Source: an uncultured Desulfosarcina sp. (GTDB lineage: Bacteria; Desulfobacterota; Desulfobacteria; Desulfobacterales; Desulfosarcinaceae). Taken from it: a stretch of DNA of 64,000 nucleotides. The position numbers were made by a program, and so were the translations under genes. Below, piece after piece: positions 41,124-53,926 of this stretch. The notes below the pieces were generated by a model that made no database searches, was not told the DNA's origin, and worked only from the letters and a program-made list of their open reading frames with translations. How positions within the stretch are numbered: position 1 is the stretch's first letter; each line of letters begins with the position of its first letter. Location: contig CAXXWQ010000003.1 of assembly GCA_963674945.2 (NCBI GenBank), forward strand, positions 768,001 through 832,000, given 5' to 3'.

Positions 41124-44100
41124 TTTCTAAGCCGCCTGTGCGGCGGTGAACTGAGTCTCAACGAACTACAAAACCGATTTGCTTTTCTAAGCCGCCTGTG
41201 CGGCGGTGAACCCGTTGGTGTTCGAGGACATGACCGGGCTTGCTTTCTAAGCCGCCTGTGCGGCGGTGAACTAATTGTGTTCCTCACATTGGTGTTGATT
41301 TATTTTCTAAGCCGCCTGTGCGGCGGTGAACTTTTTGCTGCTATTTTATCGGTATAGCCTGACTTTCTAAGCCGCCTGTGCGGCGGTGAACGAATTTACT
41401 GTAAAAATCACCGACAGATTGCATTTCTAAGCCGCCTGTGCGGCGGTGAACAAATCCACTGGTATCCGCAACAGCGGGATACGTTTCTAAGCCGCCTGTG
41501 CGGCGGTGAACTTTTCCACCAGTCACACGTTCACCATACCGGTTTTCTAAGCCGCCTGTGCGGCGGTGAACGGGAGATCTAAAAATGGCAATCCATTATG
41601 CAATTTCTAAGCCGCCTGTGCGGCGGTGAACTCCATTGTTTTGCTTTTACGGTTGGCTATAGCTTTCTAAGCCGCCTGTGCGGCGGTGAACTTTTTTTGG
41701 AATGACCAGGCCTGCATCTTTCTTTTCTAAGCCGCCTGTGCGGCGGTGAACACGCCTTTTGTTTGCCTCCCTTCATTTCTTCTTTTCTAAGCCGCCTGTG
41801 CGGCGGTGAACGAAGCCCGTCTGATCTGGCAAAGAAGAGAACCTTTCTAAGCCGCCTGTGCGGCGGTGAACGATCTTACCTGACAGGTTATTCGGATGAT
41901 GTATTTCTAAGCCGCCTGTGCGGCGGTGAACCAGCTCGCCGTCGATCGAGACAGGTCCGATCTTTTCTAAGCCGCCTGTGCGGCGGTGAACCTGCCGGTG
42001 ATCTGTGCAGTGCTGCCGCCATGTTTCTAAGCCGCCTGTGCGGCGGTGAACATATTTGAACCAGACAGGACAGCAGAAGAAACTTTCTAAGCCGCCTGTG
42101 CGGCGGTGAACACCATAGTGATATTTTTTCGACCGGTTTCGACTTTCTAAGCCGCCTGTGCGGCGGTGAACGACTATTGCAATTATGATCACGCCGACAT
42201 AGATTTCTAAGCCGCCTGTGCGGCGGTGAACACGACCAGCGTCTCACCGTCATAAACAGCGTATTTCTAAGCCGCCTGTGCGGCGGTGAACAGACCGGGT
42301 CCGAGCGTGTATCCGATGAAACATTTCTAAGCCGCCTGTGCGGCGGTGAACAGGAATATAAACGAGCGACTCGATTACCAACTTTTCTAAGCCGCCTGTG
42401 CGGCGGTGAACGGGCCTGTAAAACCACCGTCGATATAATTATTTTTCTAAGCCGCCTGTGCGGCGGTGAACCGCATTGGGAGGCATGGGAGAAAGATGAG
42501 AACTTTCTAAGCCGCCTGTGCGGCGGTGAACTTGTTTTGATTGCCATGCTGTTCGGTTGTGCTTTTCTAAGCCGCCTGTGCGGCGGTGAACTCACCCGCT
42601 TCAACCGATAGGGGATACGCATTTTTCTAAGCCGCCTGTGCGGCGGTGAACTGTGTTTCCGGGCGCCTTTTGAAGTCCTGATATTTCTAAGCCGCCTGTG
42701 CGGCGGTGAACGAGCAACAGGATTCGAAAAACGCCTCTATTCGTTTCTAAGCCGCCTGTGCGGCGGTGAACTGAAGAGTGTATGGCGGAGGAGAAGGACG
42801 GGAATTTCTAAGCCGCCTGTGCGGCGGTGAACTTATTTGAATGAAGAAAATCTCGCAGCGACATTTTCTAAGCCGCCTGTGCGGCGGTGAACCGCCGTCT
42901 GCATAACCAAAATCCAATAACGGATTTCTAAGCCGCCTGTGCGGCGGTGAACGCGAAGGAGACGTGTTTTGTGGATAGGAGACATTTCTAAGCCGCCTGT
43001 GCGGCGGTGAACTAAATGTTTATGGATTTAAAAATTTTGATTATTTTCTAAGCCGCCTGTGCGGCGGTGAACGTACGCCGGAATCGAGCGTAGCGGCTCC
43101 GGTATTTCTAAGCCGCCTGTGCGGCGGTGAACTAGGCATTTCAAAACCTAACCATTATCAAGGATTTCTAAGCCGCCTGTGCGGCGGTGAACTGAAACAC
43201 AACGCAAGGAGTTTTTAGCGTGGATTTCTAAGCCGCCTGTGCGGCGGTGAACCTTTGCTGTGACTTGGTTAAGCTGAGATAAGTTTTCTAAGCCGCCTGT
43301 GCGGCGGTGAACTGATAGGAAAAAGGCGAAAAAAGGCGAAAAAATTTCTAAGCCGCCTGTGCGGCGGTGAACATCTGGTATAACCCATCCACGCCATTGC
43401 GTAATTTCTAAGCCGCCTGTGCGGCGGTGAACTTCATTGCATTGTCAATGCATCGATAAAAGAATTTCTAAGCCGCCTGTGCGGCGGTGAACTAGGTATG
43501 GGATTTTTTGAAATCCCTTTGGATTTTCTAAGCCGCCTGTGCGGCGGTGAACTCGATCCATGAAACGCTGGGCCGTGTTTTGCGTTTCTAAGCCGCCTGT
43601 GCGGCGGTGAACTGGTGGAAAACCCGGAAGAACTCAGCGCAACGTTTCTAAGCCGCCTGTGCGGCGGTGAACTGCCTGTGCAGCACCAGAATAGTCAGCG
43701 TTCATTTCTAAGCCGCCTGTGCGGCGGTGAACCATGGCGGCCGTGATGACTGCTGATATGACCAGTTTCTAAGCCGCCTGTGCGGCGGTGAACTCGAGCC
43801 AAACAAAACAGCAGAAGTAACGGACTTTCTAAGCCGCCTGTGCGGCGGTGAACTATCGGGATCAAATTGATCCGTGAATAGTGTTCTTTCTAAGCCGCCT
43901 GTGCGGCGGTGAACATGATGGTTAGGTGTTTAAACATTTATTACGATTTCTAAGCCGCCTGTGCGGCGGTGAACTTAGGCTTGTCCACAATGCAATCCAA
44001 CATTGTTTTCTAAGCCGCCTGTGCGGCGGTGAACTCTCCGTTCCGTATCCCGCTGTAAGCCAACAATTTCTAAGCCGCCTGTGCGGCGGTGAACAGGCAG

Positions 44101-47100
44101 CATGACTGCCATTGATTTAAACAGCCTTTCTAAGCCGCCTGTGCGGCGGTGAACTTCGGCAATCGCGGCGGTTGCCACGATTTTACTTTCTAAGCCGCCT
44201 GTGCGGCGGTGAACCGCGGAGGACGCCATCGCCGACATCAACGGTGTTTCTAAGCCGCCTGTGCGGCGGTGAACGTGTCCGGAGCGATAAAATCAGACGT
44301 CAGCATTTTCTAAGCCGCCTGTGCGGCGGTGAACAAAACAGGACAATGGAAGGTCCTCCACCTCTGTTTCTAAGCCGCCTGTGCGGCGGTGAACAAATAC
44401 ATGGTCGATGGTAAAAGTTGGTCGACTTTCTAAGCCGCCTGTGCGGCGGTGAACGTTTCGAGAACGCCGAGGAGACCTATGACGTGTTTCTAAGCCGCCT
44501 GTGCGGCGGTGAACGCATTTTTATGAGATGCAGCAACTTGCCAGCCTTTCTAAGCCGCCTGTGCGGCGGTGAACACTGAACCTGTACCCGACACTGAAAT
44601 CCGTCATTTCTAAGCCGCCTGTGCGGCGGTGAACTGGAATGACCATGCTGGTTGATATGTTTCATTTTTCTAAGCCGCCTGTGCGGCGGTGAACCCAATG
44701 GGTATGAGTACAACGGCACGGTATCCTTTCTAAGCCGCCTGTGCGGCGGTGAACCCATCCAGTCGGTAACCATCGATAAAAATGCATTTCTAAGCCGCCT
44801 GTGCGGCGGTGAACTCCCAGGAGGGACTTATCGTCACCATCGGTACTTTCTAAGCCGCCTGTGCGGCGGTGAACCGGGAGGGATTGCAGCGTGCTGTGCG
44901 GTGTCCTTTCTAAGCCGCCTGTGCGGCGGTGAACGATCTTTTCATCGAAAGCACGAACAAACGATTTTTCTAAGCCGCCTGTGCGGCGGTGAACTATTCA
45001 GACATCACGAACCCCTTTCTGATCTTTTTCTAAGCCGCCTGTGCGGCGGTGAACTTGAGTATGCATTCAGCAGCTCGACGAAGTATTTTCTAAGCCGCCT
45101 GTGCGGCGGTGAACTACCGCTGACCGAAGATTTGTTTTTTACCCACTTTCTAAGCCGCCTGTGCGGCGGTGAACTACGGGATTTCAAGGAACCCCTTGAT
45201 GCCTGTTTTCTAAGCCGCCTGTGCGGCGGTGAACCCACCGGACCGAGTGCCAGACATCGGCCGCCTTTTCTAAGCCGCCTGTGCGGCGGTGAACGCATCG
45301 AAATCAAGAGCGTTCAACACACACAATTTCTAAGCCGCCTGTGCGGCGGTGAACGACGGCGGCAGCGGTACAACCCTCTATGTCAATTTCTAAGCCGCCT
45401 GTGCGGCGGTGAACTTGTTTACGGCTATCCGGTATCCAATGTTTCTTTTCTAAGCCGCCTGTGCGGCGGTGAACTAAACTGCGATCGCAATGACGGCGGG
45501 ATCATTTTTCTAAGCCGCCTGTGCGGCGGTGAACCCGAAGGACGTTCTCGTGGCGCTCATCGAGAATTTCTAAGCCGCCTGTGCGGCGGTGAACGGTACG
45601 ACATCCCAGCAAAAAACCATGCCATTTTTCTAAGCCGCCTGTGCGGCGGTGAACAGGTTGGTCACTGCCGTATCTGTCAGATCGTCTTTCTAAGCCGCCT
45701 GTGCGGCGGTGAACGCTCATTTCACCGGCGATTTGATGTCTGGAAATTTCTAAGCCGCCTGTGCGGCGGTGAACTCCCACCAAGTACGTTCCAGGGTTAT
45801 TTAAACTTTCTAAGCCGCCTGTGCGGCGGTGAACGGCAGGGTAGCCACGGATAGACCTTCCATAGATTTCTAAGCCGCCTGTGCGGCGGTGAACCATTCG
45901 GACTACGGATTCGAATCGTTTTTCCTTTTCTAAGCCGCCTGTGCGGCGGTGAACACGATAAACTCGTGGTCCAGGACAAAAAAACTTTTCTAAGCCGCCT
46001 GTGCGGCGGTGAACATAAACAAGGCATCTTAACTACGACGATTACGTTTCTAAGCCGCCTGTGCGGCGGTGAACTGAAACCGATATTGGGAAAGGAATTA
46101 TTACAATTTCTAAGCCGCCTGTGCGGCGGTGAACCTTCTTGCCCATGCTGAACAGTTCCCTGCGAATTTCTAAGCCGCCTGTGCGGCGGTGAACGATTCG
46201 TTTGCGACTCAGAGGTGAGCGGAAACTTTCTAAGCCGCCTGTGCGGCGGTGAACGCTTGGGTCTTTTGTTTTCACAGATTTAATACTTTCTAAGCCGCCT
46301 GTGCGGCGGTGAACCCTTTGTTGAGTTTTAAAACAATATCAGTGGATTTCTAAGCCGCCTGTGCGGCGGTGAACATCGGAGGCGCGTGATGGATCGTGAA
46401 AACCTCTTTCTAAGCCGCCTGTGCGGCGGTGAACTCTCCGAGCGTTGGCGACATCGAATTTCCACTTTTCTAAGCCGCCTGTGCGGCGGTGAACGTACCG
46501 GTGGGGCCGGTCGTTCAGCTCTTCCATTTCTAAGCCGCCTGTGCGGCGGTGAACAAAGCGAAACACATTTTAGGAGGTGATTAAAATTTCTAAGCCGCCT
46601 GTGCGGCGGTGAACTCCTTATCGCCCATTACCTCTGCAAGATTGTTTTTCTAAGCCGCCTGTGCGGCGGTGAACGATCCACTGGCGGGTGAAGGACGGCC
46701 TTACCCTTTCTAAGCCGCCTGTGCGGCGGTGAACTCGGGCGATGGCAGAGGCGCGTGGCACCGGCTTTTCTAAGCCGCCTGTGCGGCGGTGAACCCCACA
46801 ACTGCAAGGAACCTATGGCAATTCGTTTTCTAAGCCGCCTGTGCGGCGGTGAACATATCGGCATCGCCGGATTAAGTAATAGCGATTTTCTAAGCCGCCT
46901 GTGCGGCGGTGAACTGGCTAAAGCTGCGATAAAGTGTAAGCATTGCTTTCTAAGCCGCCTGTGCGGCGGTGAACGCGATCATGTCTGGGATAGTCCGGAT
47001 CCATCCTTTCTAAGCCGCCTGTGCGGCGGTGAACAATGACAAGGCGCTGGTGGTAGCCAATCTGCATTTCTAAGCCGCCTGTGCGGCGGTGAACCATCGT

Positions 47101-47334
47101 TTTTCGTTGTATCGTTTCAGCTTACTTTTCTAAGCCGCCTGTGCGGCGGTGAACCTCGGGTGAACGGTAAGTCCCCGGCCGACAACTTTCTAAGCCGCCT
47201 GTGCGGCGGTGAACACATCGGGTTGCCGGTGTCTGTCTCACAACAATTTCTAAGCCGCCTGTGCGGCGGTGAACAGTTTTGTATCAGCCGGAATTGCATC
47301 AATAATTTTCTAAGCCGCCTGTGCGGCGGTGAAC
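41124..47334 (-). CRISPR. type I-F CRISPR array: 104 repeats of 28 bp (GTTCACCGCCGCACAGGCGGCTTAGAAA on - strand), 103 spacers (100 of 32 nt, 3 of 33 nt)
   Basis: 60-bp periodicity; CCGCC-GCACA-GGCGG hairpin and CTTAGAAA handle; 33-nt spacers at 42772, 43733 and 43854; no repeat variants noticed. Confidence 0.99.
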
Positions 47335-47462
47335 TGGAAACTTTGAATGTAAATCAGTGCAAAGACAAAAGGTTATCACGATATACCCGGATAACCCCAA
47401 AAATATTTCATGGAGGTAACCCATTAATAATTCACCAATTTTTCAAAGAGCATTTTTTTTGG
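47335..47462 (-). promoter_or_regulatory. CRISPR leader
   Basis: AT-rich 128 bp between cas6f and the first repeat; GCTCTTTGAAAAATT resembles the distal motif of I-F leaders; internal inverted repeat GGTTATC...GATAACC. Confidence 0.85.
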
Positions 47463-48041
47463 TTAAAATAAAGGTACAGTGGTTGTATTACTCAAGCCAT
47501 AGCATGAAAACAATCCTTCCCTCGGCAATTCCATTTCCTGCTTTTTGATAAACATTCGAAAATGATGACCGTTCGATTGACTGATCATGTTGATATATGG
47601 CAACCGACATCGTCGCTCATTGTAATTATCATAATGCGCCAAGGCTTTTTCGAAGGATTCCCTCTTGCGCTTGGCCCAGCGGCGGGCCAGTTTTTCTTTA
47701 CTGCCCTTGGGTTTTACCTGCCGGAAATTGGCATGGCTGACCACTACTTCCGGCACCGAAGAAATCTTGCCGCACTGCAAATAATCTTTAAGGCGGCTTA
47801 ACCATTTCTCACACTGCAACTGTTCCAACACCGGCTTTTCCAGCGCAAACAGACGCAACTTTGTTCCTAATAGATAATGACCGGCGTCATATTCCGGAAA
47901 AGAAACCCCAATGGCCGACGCATGTTTATCGACATTGTTCTCCACCAGGGCCAGGTGTATTTGCTGATAGAGCTTCTGCCAGAAGTCGTATAGGCCGATA
48001 TTGGCCCGGTGCAGCAATGATATTTCTTGATAGTATCTCAT
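47463..48041 (-). CDS. cas6f: Cas6f (Csy4) crRNA endoribonuclease
   Basis: QIHLAL (catalytic His), IGVSFPEY, LGTKLRLFA, Arg-rich helix, FSCYGLS...TVPLF. Confidence 0.95.
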   Translation of the reverse strand: MRYYQEISLLHRANIGLYDFWQKLYQQIHLALVENNVDKHASAIGVSFPEYDAGHYLLGTKLRLFALEKPVLEQLQCEKWLSRLKDYLQCGKISSVPEVVVSHANFRQVKPKGSKEKLARRWAKRKRESFEKALAHYDNYNERRCRLPYINMISQSNGHHFRMFIKKQEMELPREGLFSCYGLSNTTTVPLF

Positions 48042-49072
48042 CAGTTCCTAACCTCCCTGGTGTCAATCTTGGTAACATAGGCTATCCCTTTTTTGCCCAG
48101 GTAGAAGCTGGACACCCCGGCATTTTCTATCAGGGTTTTAATCTCTTTGGCTTTTTCACGACCAACATCTATTGTGATATCAAGTTGACCGCTGGCTTTG
48201 GTCATCATGGAAATGATTTCACCCTCACCAGCTATTCTTTCCTTCCGAATATAAGGGTTTCCCCAGACCAATTTTTTATGCCCCGTGGTAAAACGATCCA
48301 TAAAATCCTTTTTTGTAAAAATCCTTTTTGAAATTCCACTTATGTTTCCCGACTTTGTTAGAGCGGAAGACATATCAAATTGCTCGGTTAGTCTTTCCAA
48401 CTGCAAATAAAGCGCAGAGCAATAAACGGTTGAAGGCACAATCTTTCCAGATTTGTTAAGATAATTTGTTCCTGGGAAATGACCATCCAAAATGCCTATA
48501 GCCTCTTGGAATATACCCTCTTTTTCAACCGTTTTGATCTTGGCTAACTCATCAAACCGTTCACAAATTACAAGAGGATCAAGCTCTATCACGCCATTGA
48601 CTTTGGTATTGTTGATAATATAAGCGCAAAGCTTATCAAAATCTAAAGCCAGCACGCCCCAAAACTCCGTGGAATAGTCAGATTGGAAAATAACATCTTT
48701 CGTCTTTATCATGCCGGTAAAAGAGTTTTGATCCGTGCTACCGGTGATATTCCGAATATAGGTTACCTCATTGGTTACTGTCGCTCTGTCTTCAAAAGTA
48801 ACAGAAGGCTCAATCTGGCGAAAATAGTATACCTTATCATGACGCGATTGATATAGCTTCCTCTGATCACCAATCAAGCGGTTCAACACGCCCATAACGG
48901 TGTCAATAGTGACCGCCCTTTTTATAAAATTCTCAGTTTGGGTGCTGGAATTCAGATTCCTTCCTGAAGCAATAAATTTTCTGCCTTTTTTAGGTAGTGG
49001 TTTATTGTTGCCATCGGGATCTTCCAGGAAAGAGTTGCGCCAGGATGATTCGTATTCAATCTCAATCTTCAT
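48041..49072 (-). CDS. cas5fv: Cas5fv (type I-F2)
   Basis: [49 protein letters not shown]; position between cas7 and cas6f. Confidence 0.88.
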   Translation of the reverse strand: MKIEIEYESSWRNSFLEDPDGNNKPLPKKGRKFIASGRNLNSSTQTENFIKRAVTIDTVMGVLNRLIGDQRKLYQSRHDKVYYFRQIEPSVTFEDRATVTNEVTYIRNITGSTDQNSFTGMIKTKDVIFQSDYSTEFWGVLALDFDKLCAYIINNTKVNGVIELDPLVICERFDELAKIKTVEKEGIFQEAIGILDGHFPGTNYLNKSGKIVPSTVYCSALYLQLERLTEQFDMSSALTKSGNISGISKRIFTKKDFMDRFTTGHKKLVWGNPYIRKERIAGEGEIISMMTKASGQLDITIDVGREKAKEIKTLIENAGVSSFYLGKKGIAYVTKIDTREVRN

Positions 49073-49081
49073 GACAAACTC

Positions 49082-50047
49082 CTATTTGGCATAAAAATAG
49101 ACGGCATAGTCGAACTGCGGCTTATTGTTTATCTGGTCAGGGGCACGCTTAATCCGCATCATTTTAGCGCTGTCGTTATAGTCCACCGTCACTTCATCAA
49201 CATACATATAAGCCTTTGCCTGTCTGATGGATAACGCTTCGATCTTCTGGATGGTTGTCTCTACCAAAATTTGAATGGCGTCCTGATCAAGCAGAATACC
49301 GTTTTCTCCCTCTTCAAATATAGTACCGTTGCGAACATAGTTTGCATGAAAAGTGGCTTTCGGAGACAGTTGCGGGTTTAATGACTGGATATAGTCCTGC
49401 ACCAACTGTGCGACTTCCTCTCCTTGGCCTTCCTTTATTACCATTGCCGCTCGGTCGAATTTTTTATCCAAAGAAATAAACTGGAGTTGTTCAACACTGA
49501 TTGAACCGTAAGAGATATATTCCGTATCACCAAAGGTGGTTTTGGAAAAAAATGAGGAACTGTCTCTTTCTCCAGCCTGCCCGAACTGTTCAAAATTACC
49601 ATTACCTAATTGATCAACAAAGTCCTCAATCAATACAGGGCTGGTTCGTTTGCACTGACTGGAGGGAACGACATAACCACGAATAAGGCCGGTCAGTGAG
49701 GCTATCACCTTTTCAAGGTTTTTATCCTTTGCGTAATGCATGTCATACGCCTGTTCACGAAATAAGTGATGACGAATACAGTTTTGACTGATGTATAAAG
49801 GGGTTTCTTTAAAATTTATATCCGTAGGCTCCTTGCGGTATTTATAGCCGGTATCTTTCACCTTTCCCGACAAGTTGGTATAGCCCCGTAATTTAGGCAA
49901 GGTATGGTTGTCAACTGTGGCCCCATTTTCTTGAGCAAGGTTTGTCGGGCCATTCCAGTTGACCACACCGTGCCCAAGTGCCTTAATCTTAAAATCCACG
50001 CTTTTGATGCCTTCAATTTTTATTGTCTGCATGTTACTCTCCTCCAT
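49082..50047 (-). CDS. cas7fv: Cas7fv (type I-F2)
   Basis: [40 protein letters not shown]; true start may be 50032. Confidence 0.88.
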   Translation of the reverse strand: MEESNMQTIKIEGIKSVDFKIKALGHGVVNWNGPTNLAQENGATVDNHTLPKLRGYTNLSGKVKDTGYKYRKEPTDINFKETPLYISQNCIRHHLFREQAYDMHYAKDKNLEKVIASLTGLIRGYVVPSSQCKRTSPVLIEDFVDQLGNGNFEQFGQAGERDSSSFFSKTTFGDTEYISYGSISVEQLQFISLDKKFDRAAMVIKEGQGEEVAQLVQDYIQSLNPQLSPKATFHANYVRNGTIFEEGENGILLDQDAIQILVETTIQKIEALSIRQAKAYMYVDEVTVDYNDSAKMMRIKRAPDQINNKPQFDYAVYFYAK

Positions 50048-52955
50048 GATTGAGTTGTGTTAATGAAATCGCGCCAATGGGTTGTTTCTCCCCTATGGCA
50101 TAGTAAATGGCATAAGTATGTGGCTCGGCTTCCACCAGTTTTAAATCATCGGGCGTGTAGCTTAAATAGATTGGTTTTTCAGGGCTTCTGGCTTCATTGA
50201 GCAATTGAACGTCTTTATATGCTTTTTTAACCTGTTTGATGTTGTGGTGTTTCTTGGCCATAAAAGCCAATAAATTCTTAGCTGAGGCGCCATGGCCACA
50301 AATGCTTTCTACGGCAAAAGTAAAACTCTCCTCAGACTTATCTTCTGGATAAGCATAATCATTGCACATTTCAAAAAGATCGCGATTTTTTATGTTACAA
50401 ACCGCCATCTGCACAAAACGACTATCGCCGCGCAAGGAATGTTTTTTGATCTTTATTTTGCCGACTTCTTTTTTATATGACGGCAGTGTGACCGGATCGA
50501 AAAGATTTGCGTCAAGCTTAATGACGCTTTCTTTAAGGGCGTCAACCAGATCCTGTTCGACAAAATTTCGGCAGTGCTCGTCGGCGTAAAAGTCATTATA
50601 AAGTTTATAAATTTTATTAATGGTGAGAGGTTTTTCCGACAACTCGTTTTGCAGAAAATCAAACCAGACTTTGGCACTTTGCAGGCTTTTAAGTGAGTTT
50701 AAAAACCGGGCGCTGCTTCCTTTTGCATTCCCTCTTTTTATATCTCCTGTTACAGCAATCACATATTGATTAACCTTCTGGTTTTGGCCAAATCGATCCA
50801 GACGGCCCAATCTTTGTAAAAAATTTTCAGCCAGAGTCATCTCGCTGATCATTTTATCGCAGGTAATGTTGAGCGAAGCCTGCACTATCGGTCCACTGCG
50901 CAATATGTCGTAATCTTTACTGCCGTCTTCCTTAAATGAGGTGAAAACTTTTTCAAAAAGGTCTTCTCGGTCTGATTTTTTGAACTTTGAATGAAGCAGG
51001 ATACCGTTTTCTATATTCTGATGATCAATAAAGCTCTTTTGGGCAATAATAGCGGTGTTGCTGATGACAAAGGTGTTATCCGGCTGTTCTTGAAACAACG
51101 GGTTGGTGTCGTCTTCTTTTGTCTCATCGTATTCGACAAACTCTATCCGGTACTGGCTGTTGTTAAAGCTGTCAATGCCGATGATGTCATGCTTTGGCAG
51201 TTGTAAAAATTTCGTGATAAACAATGGATGGGGCGTAGCTGACACGAGCAGCGTGTTGGGCAATGTTTGATCTTCTTTTTGCCGATACCTTTTACACTGC
51301 ACCAGTTCGGCAAACAGCAGATTAAAGGCCGGCATGGTGATATATTCGTGATACTCATCAAAAACGACATGGGCATCCATAAAATCTACCAGCGTGGTGA
51401 CATTGCGGTGGGTGGTAATGGAATTTATGATCTGATCGATGGTGGTGATAACAATATCACCTGTAAACTCATGGCCTTCAGGCGTTTCAACCGGTTTGCC
51501 GGATACCAGTGTCTGCTTGATATCTCCGGTACAGATCTCTATCTTTGCCTCCGGCAAATATTGATCGGAAGTTAAATCATAAAACAACCCTTGGCAAATT
51601 TGAACCCGCGGGCAGACCCAGAATATTTTCTTGGCTGCTGTGTTTAGCGCCCATTCCAGAGCAATTTTTGTTTTTCCACAGCCTGCTGGGCCTTTAAGAA
51701 CACCAACGGTGACTTCTTCATCCGCCAAATCTTTGGCGGCTTCAGCCTGCTGCCGGTTTCTCTCCATATCGGGATTATTCCGGTTAAACCCATCCAGACA
51801 GCGCTGAATATGTTGTTTTAATCCCCGATCTTTCTGAAACGCCTCATCAAGCAAGTCCTCTATTGTATGATTAACAATACGCCCATCAAGTGAATCTCCA
51901 AAAAATTTACTGGAAACCAATCGATCAGCAGTGATCAGGGCTGATCGCGCCAGATTATTGAGGGCATTATGTTGAATGTTATTTTTATACTTATCTATAG
52001 ATTCTTTTATCGAGTAACGTTTGTATGTGGGGAGATCACCTGTCTCAAGACTATCTTCAATACCGGCAAATGGAGGGATATTCAGGTTATCAATCTCTGC
52101 CGGAAGATTATCACCATAGTCATTGGCAATGGCTTGTACCGATCTTAAGATAGCAGCAGTTGAGGCTGTCAGTTTGGAATAGTCCTGTTCCAGGTTTTGA
52201 AGCTTATTATAAATACCGATAAGCTTTTTAATTTCATCATTTCGTTGTCTTATCGGCTTGGAATGATGCCAGTAGATGGCGTGTCCAATTCTATCAATGT
52301 ATGCGTTATCTGCTTTAGAAAATAGAGAAAAAAAGAGCAATGATATTTCGTTGTGACGAGGATGCTTTTGCCAAGAAAACTTGCCTGTCTTTTTATCAAT
52401 ATGCTGGCCTTCGTCCGGCACCTCCTCTAACTTATTATCCTTTAGTTTTTTACCTAACCAATCTTGAAAAGCAGGATCAATTTTACCGATATCATGCCAA
52501 CATCCAGCCACAAAAACGGCCTTTGCTAAGTGGTCATCTTCAGGAATCAACCGTTTGATAATTTTATAGGCGAGATAGCCCACCGCGAATAAATGCTGAT
52601 CCAACCGCTGGCCCTTGGTGTTGGCAAAAATTTTATCAGGCATAATTTCAATATCTCCTATAAATATTATCTTCTTGGTATAATTCACCGGCACCACCCC
52701 ATTCTCATCAAACTTACGTTTATTACCCACCACCCATAAGAACTGACTCCTTGAACGGCTCCTGATCCAGTGGCATGAGACCGCTGTACTCTTTGAGGCT
52801 GTCTGGCGAAGCATCTTTTTTACTGTTTTGAGGCCCTCTTCGGTGATGACCGTTTGCCAGGTGTTGTCTCCGATACGGTTGGCAAAGGCGTCGAGTACTC
52901 GGCGGGTTCGTTTGAGGGCTTTTTTCTCGCATTGGGAGATGAAGGTCACCATCAT
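50034..52955 (-). CDS. cas3f: Cas2-Cas3 fusion nuclease-helicase
   Basis: N-terminal Cas2 ([24 protein letters not shown]), HD domain WHDIGK, Walker [24 protein letters not shown]. Confidence 0.95.
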   Translation of the reverse strand: MMVTFISQCEKKALKRTRRVLDAFANRIGDNTWQTVITEEGLKTVKKMLRQTASKSTAVSCHWIRSRSRSQFLWVVGNKRKFDENGVVPVNYTKKIIFIGDIEIMPDKIFANTKGQRLDQHLFAVGYLAYKIIKRLIPEDDHLAKAVFVAGCWHDIGKIDPAFQDWLGKKLKDNKLEEVPDEGQHIDKKTGKFSWQKHPRHNEISLLFFSLFSKADNAYIDRIGHAIYWHHSKPIRQRNDEIKKLIGIYNKLQNLEQDYSKLTASTAAILRSVQAIANDYGDNLPAEIDNLNIPPFAGIEDSLETGDLPTYKRYSIKESIDKYKNNIQHNALNNLARSALITADRLVSSKFFGDSLDGRIVNHTIEDLLDEAFQKDRGLKQHIQRCLDGFNRNNPDMERNRQQAEAAKDLADEEVTVGVLKGPAGCGKTKIALEWALNTAAKKIFWVCPRVQICQGLFYDLTSDQYLPEAKIEICTGDIKQTLVSGKPVETPEGHEFTGDIVITTIDQIINSITTHRNVTTLVDFMDAHVVFDEYHEYITMPAFNLLFAELVQCKRYRQKEDQTLPNTLLVSATPHPLFITKFLQLPKHDIIGIDSFNNSQYRIEFVEYDETKEDDTNPLFQEQPDNTFVISNTAIIAQKSFIDHQNIENGILLHSKFKKSDREDLFEKVFTSFKEDGSKDYDILRSGPIVQASLNITCDKMISEMTLAENFLQRLGRLDRFGQNQKVNQYVIAVTGDIKRGNAKGSSARFLNSLKSLQSAKVWFDFLQNELSEKPLTINKIYKLYNDFYADEHCRNFVEQDLVDALKESVIKLDANLFDPVTLPSYKKEVGKIKIKKHSLRGDSRFVQMAVCNIKNRDLFEMCNDYAYPEDKSEESFTFAVESICGHGASAKNLLAFMAKKHHNIKQVKKAYKDVQLLNEARSPEKPIYLSYTPDDLKLVEAEPHTYAIYYAIGEKQPIGAISLTQLNHGGE

Positions 52956-53926
52956 AATCGATCACCCTCCATGTTTTGCTCTTTGTTTTGAAGGGCGATA
53001 GCCTTGATTTGATCAAACATGGCGTCCAGGGCTTTGTGATCGGTAAATGCCTGAAGGCATTGTTGTCGGAATTCCTGTTCTGTGGCGTTCTCCTGGGCGC
53101 AGATAAAGGCCCAAGGTAGGACGACGGCATCTTTTACCAGATCGGCAATGTCAAAGACCAATGCGCCGCGACGGGTTTTTCCGTGCATGACAGCGAAACC
53201 ATGAGGTATGCCCAGAACCCATAGAGCGGATGCGGCAAGTCCATAAGCGAGATAGTTTCCGTGATTGAGAAAACCATTGGCCAGGTCTGTGGCTTCGTGT
53301 TGCCGAATAAAGCCGGTCATCTTTGTGTGCCGGACCGCAATTTTGTATAAATGCTTTGTTAGTTGGGCCTCTGAGGAAAGCAGATAAGTGGTCTCTGAGG
53401 CTGACTCAATCTGGGCTTCATTGGCATCCAATGCAGTTGAAATGGCTGGATCGCTTGAATCAAAGCCTGCCAACTTCAGTTCACGGTCCTTGTGCCAGAC
53501 TTTTCGCAAATAGTTGATGCGGGCACGTTGAAGCGCTTTGGCGGCAAATAGGCGCTGGTCTTTATCAAACCAGAAAGAGAGCCAGCCTTGCAAGTATTCA
53601 GTCGGACGGTATTCACTCTGAGGTGTAAACCATTCGATCTCGTTTCCCATGTATAATGGTGTTCCGCCGCCACCGCAGAATCCAATAAGGACTCCTGCCT
53701 GTGTAAGCATGCGCACAGCGGCCTGAGTGATGGAGGTTCCTGTACCCAAGAGGATGACCGTGGTGTTGGCAATAGGGATATTAAAATAGAGGTTGTCTTT
53801 TTTGGATTCGGTAAGATAGAGCACGCGTCCGTCTTTTTGCATGACTCGGCAATGCTCCAGGTAATACATGTTGGCCCGTTTGGAATGCAGAATCGTTTTT
53901 AAATCCGACGGTGAAAGATCATCCAT
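52952..53926 (-). CDS. cas1f: type I-F Cas1
   Basis: LHSKRAN.YYLEHCRV, NIPIANT, LGTGTSITQAA, HGNYLAYG, HGKTRRGALVFD. Confidence 0.97.
   Translation of the reverse strand: MDDLSPSDLKTILHSKRANMYYLEHCRVMQKDGRVLYLTESKKDNLYFNIPIANTTVILLGTGTSITQAAVRMLTQAGVLIGFCGGGGTPLYMGNEIEWFTPQSEYRPTEYLQGWLSFWFDKDQRLFAAKALQRARINYLRKVWHKDRELKLAGFDSSDPAISTALDANEAQIESASETTYLLSSEAQLTKHLYKIAVRHTKMTGFIRQHEATDLANGFLNHGNYLAYGLAASALWVLGIPHGFAVMHGKTRRGALVFDIADLVKDAVVLPWAFICAQENATEQEFRQQCLQAFTDHKALDAMFDQIKAIALQNKEQNMEGDRL

Noticed and set aside
42712..42804. Two adjacent spacers with tRNA-like words (GGATTCGAA; TGGCGGAG)
   Set aside because: Similarity is only 8-15 nt, breaks down afterwards and does not match the tRNA-Leu here; chance is likely.
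44652..45854. 400-aa ORF and other ORFs running through the CRISPR array
   Set aside because: The 60-bp unit keeps frame and the repeat has no stop in that frame; there is no RBS. This is an artefact of array periodicity.
41152..47306. Self-targeting spacers
   Set aside because: I found no convincing match to this window by eye. The best was a weak resemblance of spacer 43613..43644 to about 62785-62815 with many mismatches. A BLASTN is needed to exclude matches properly.
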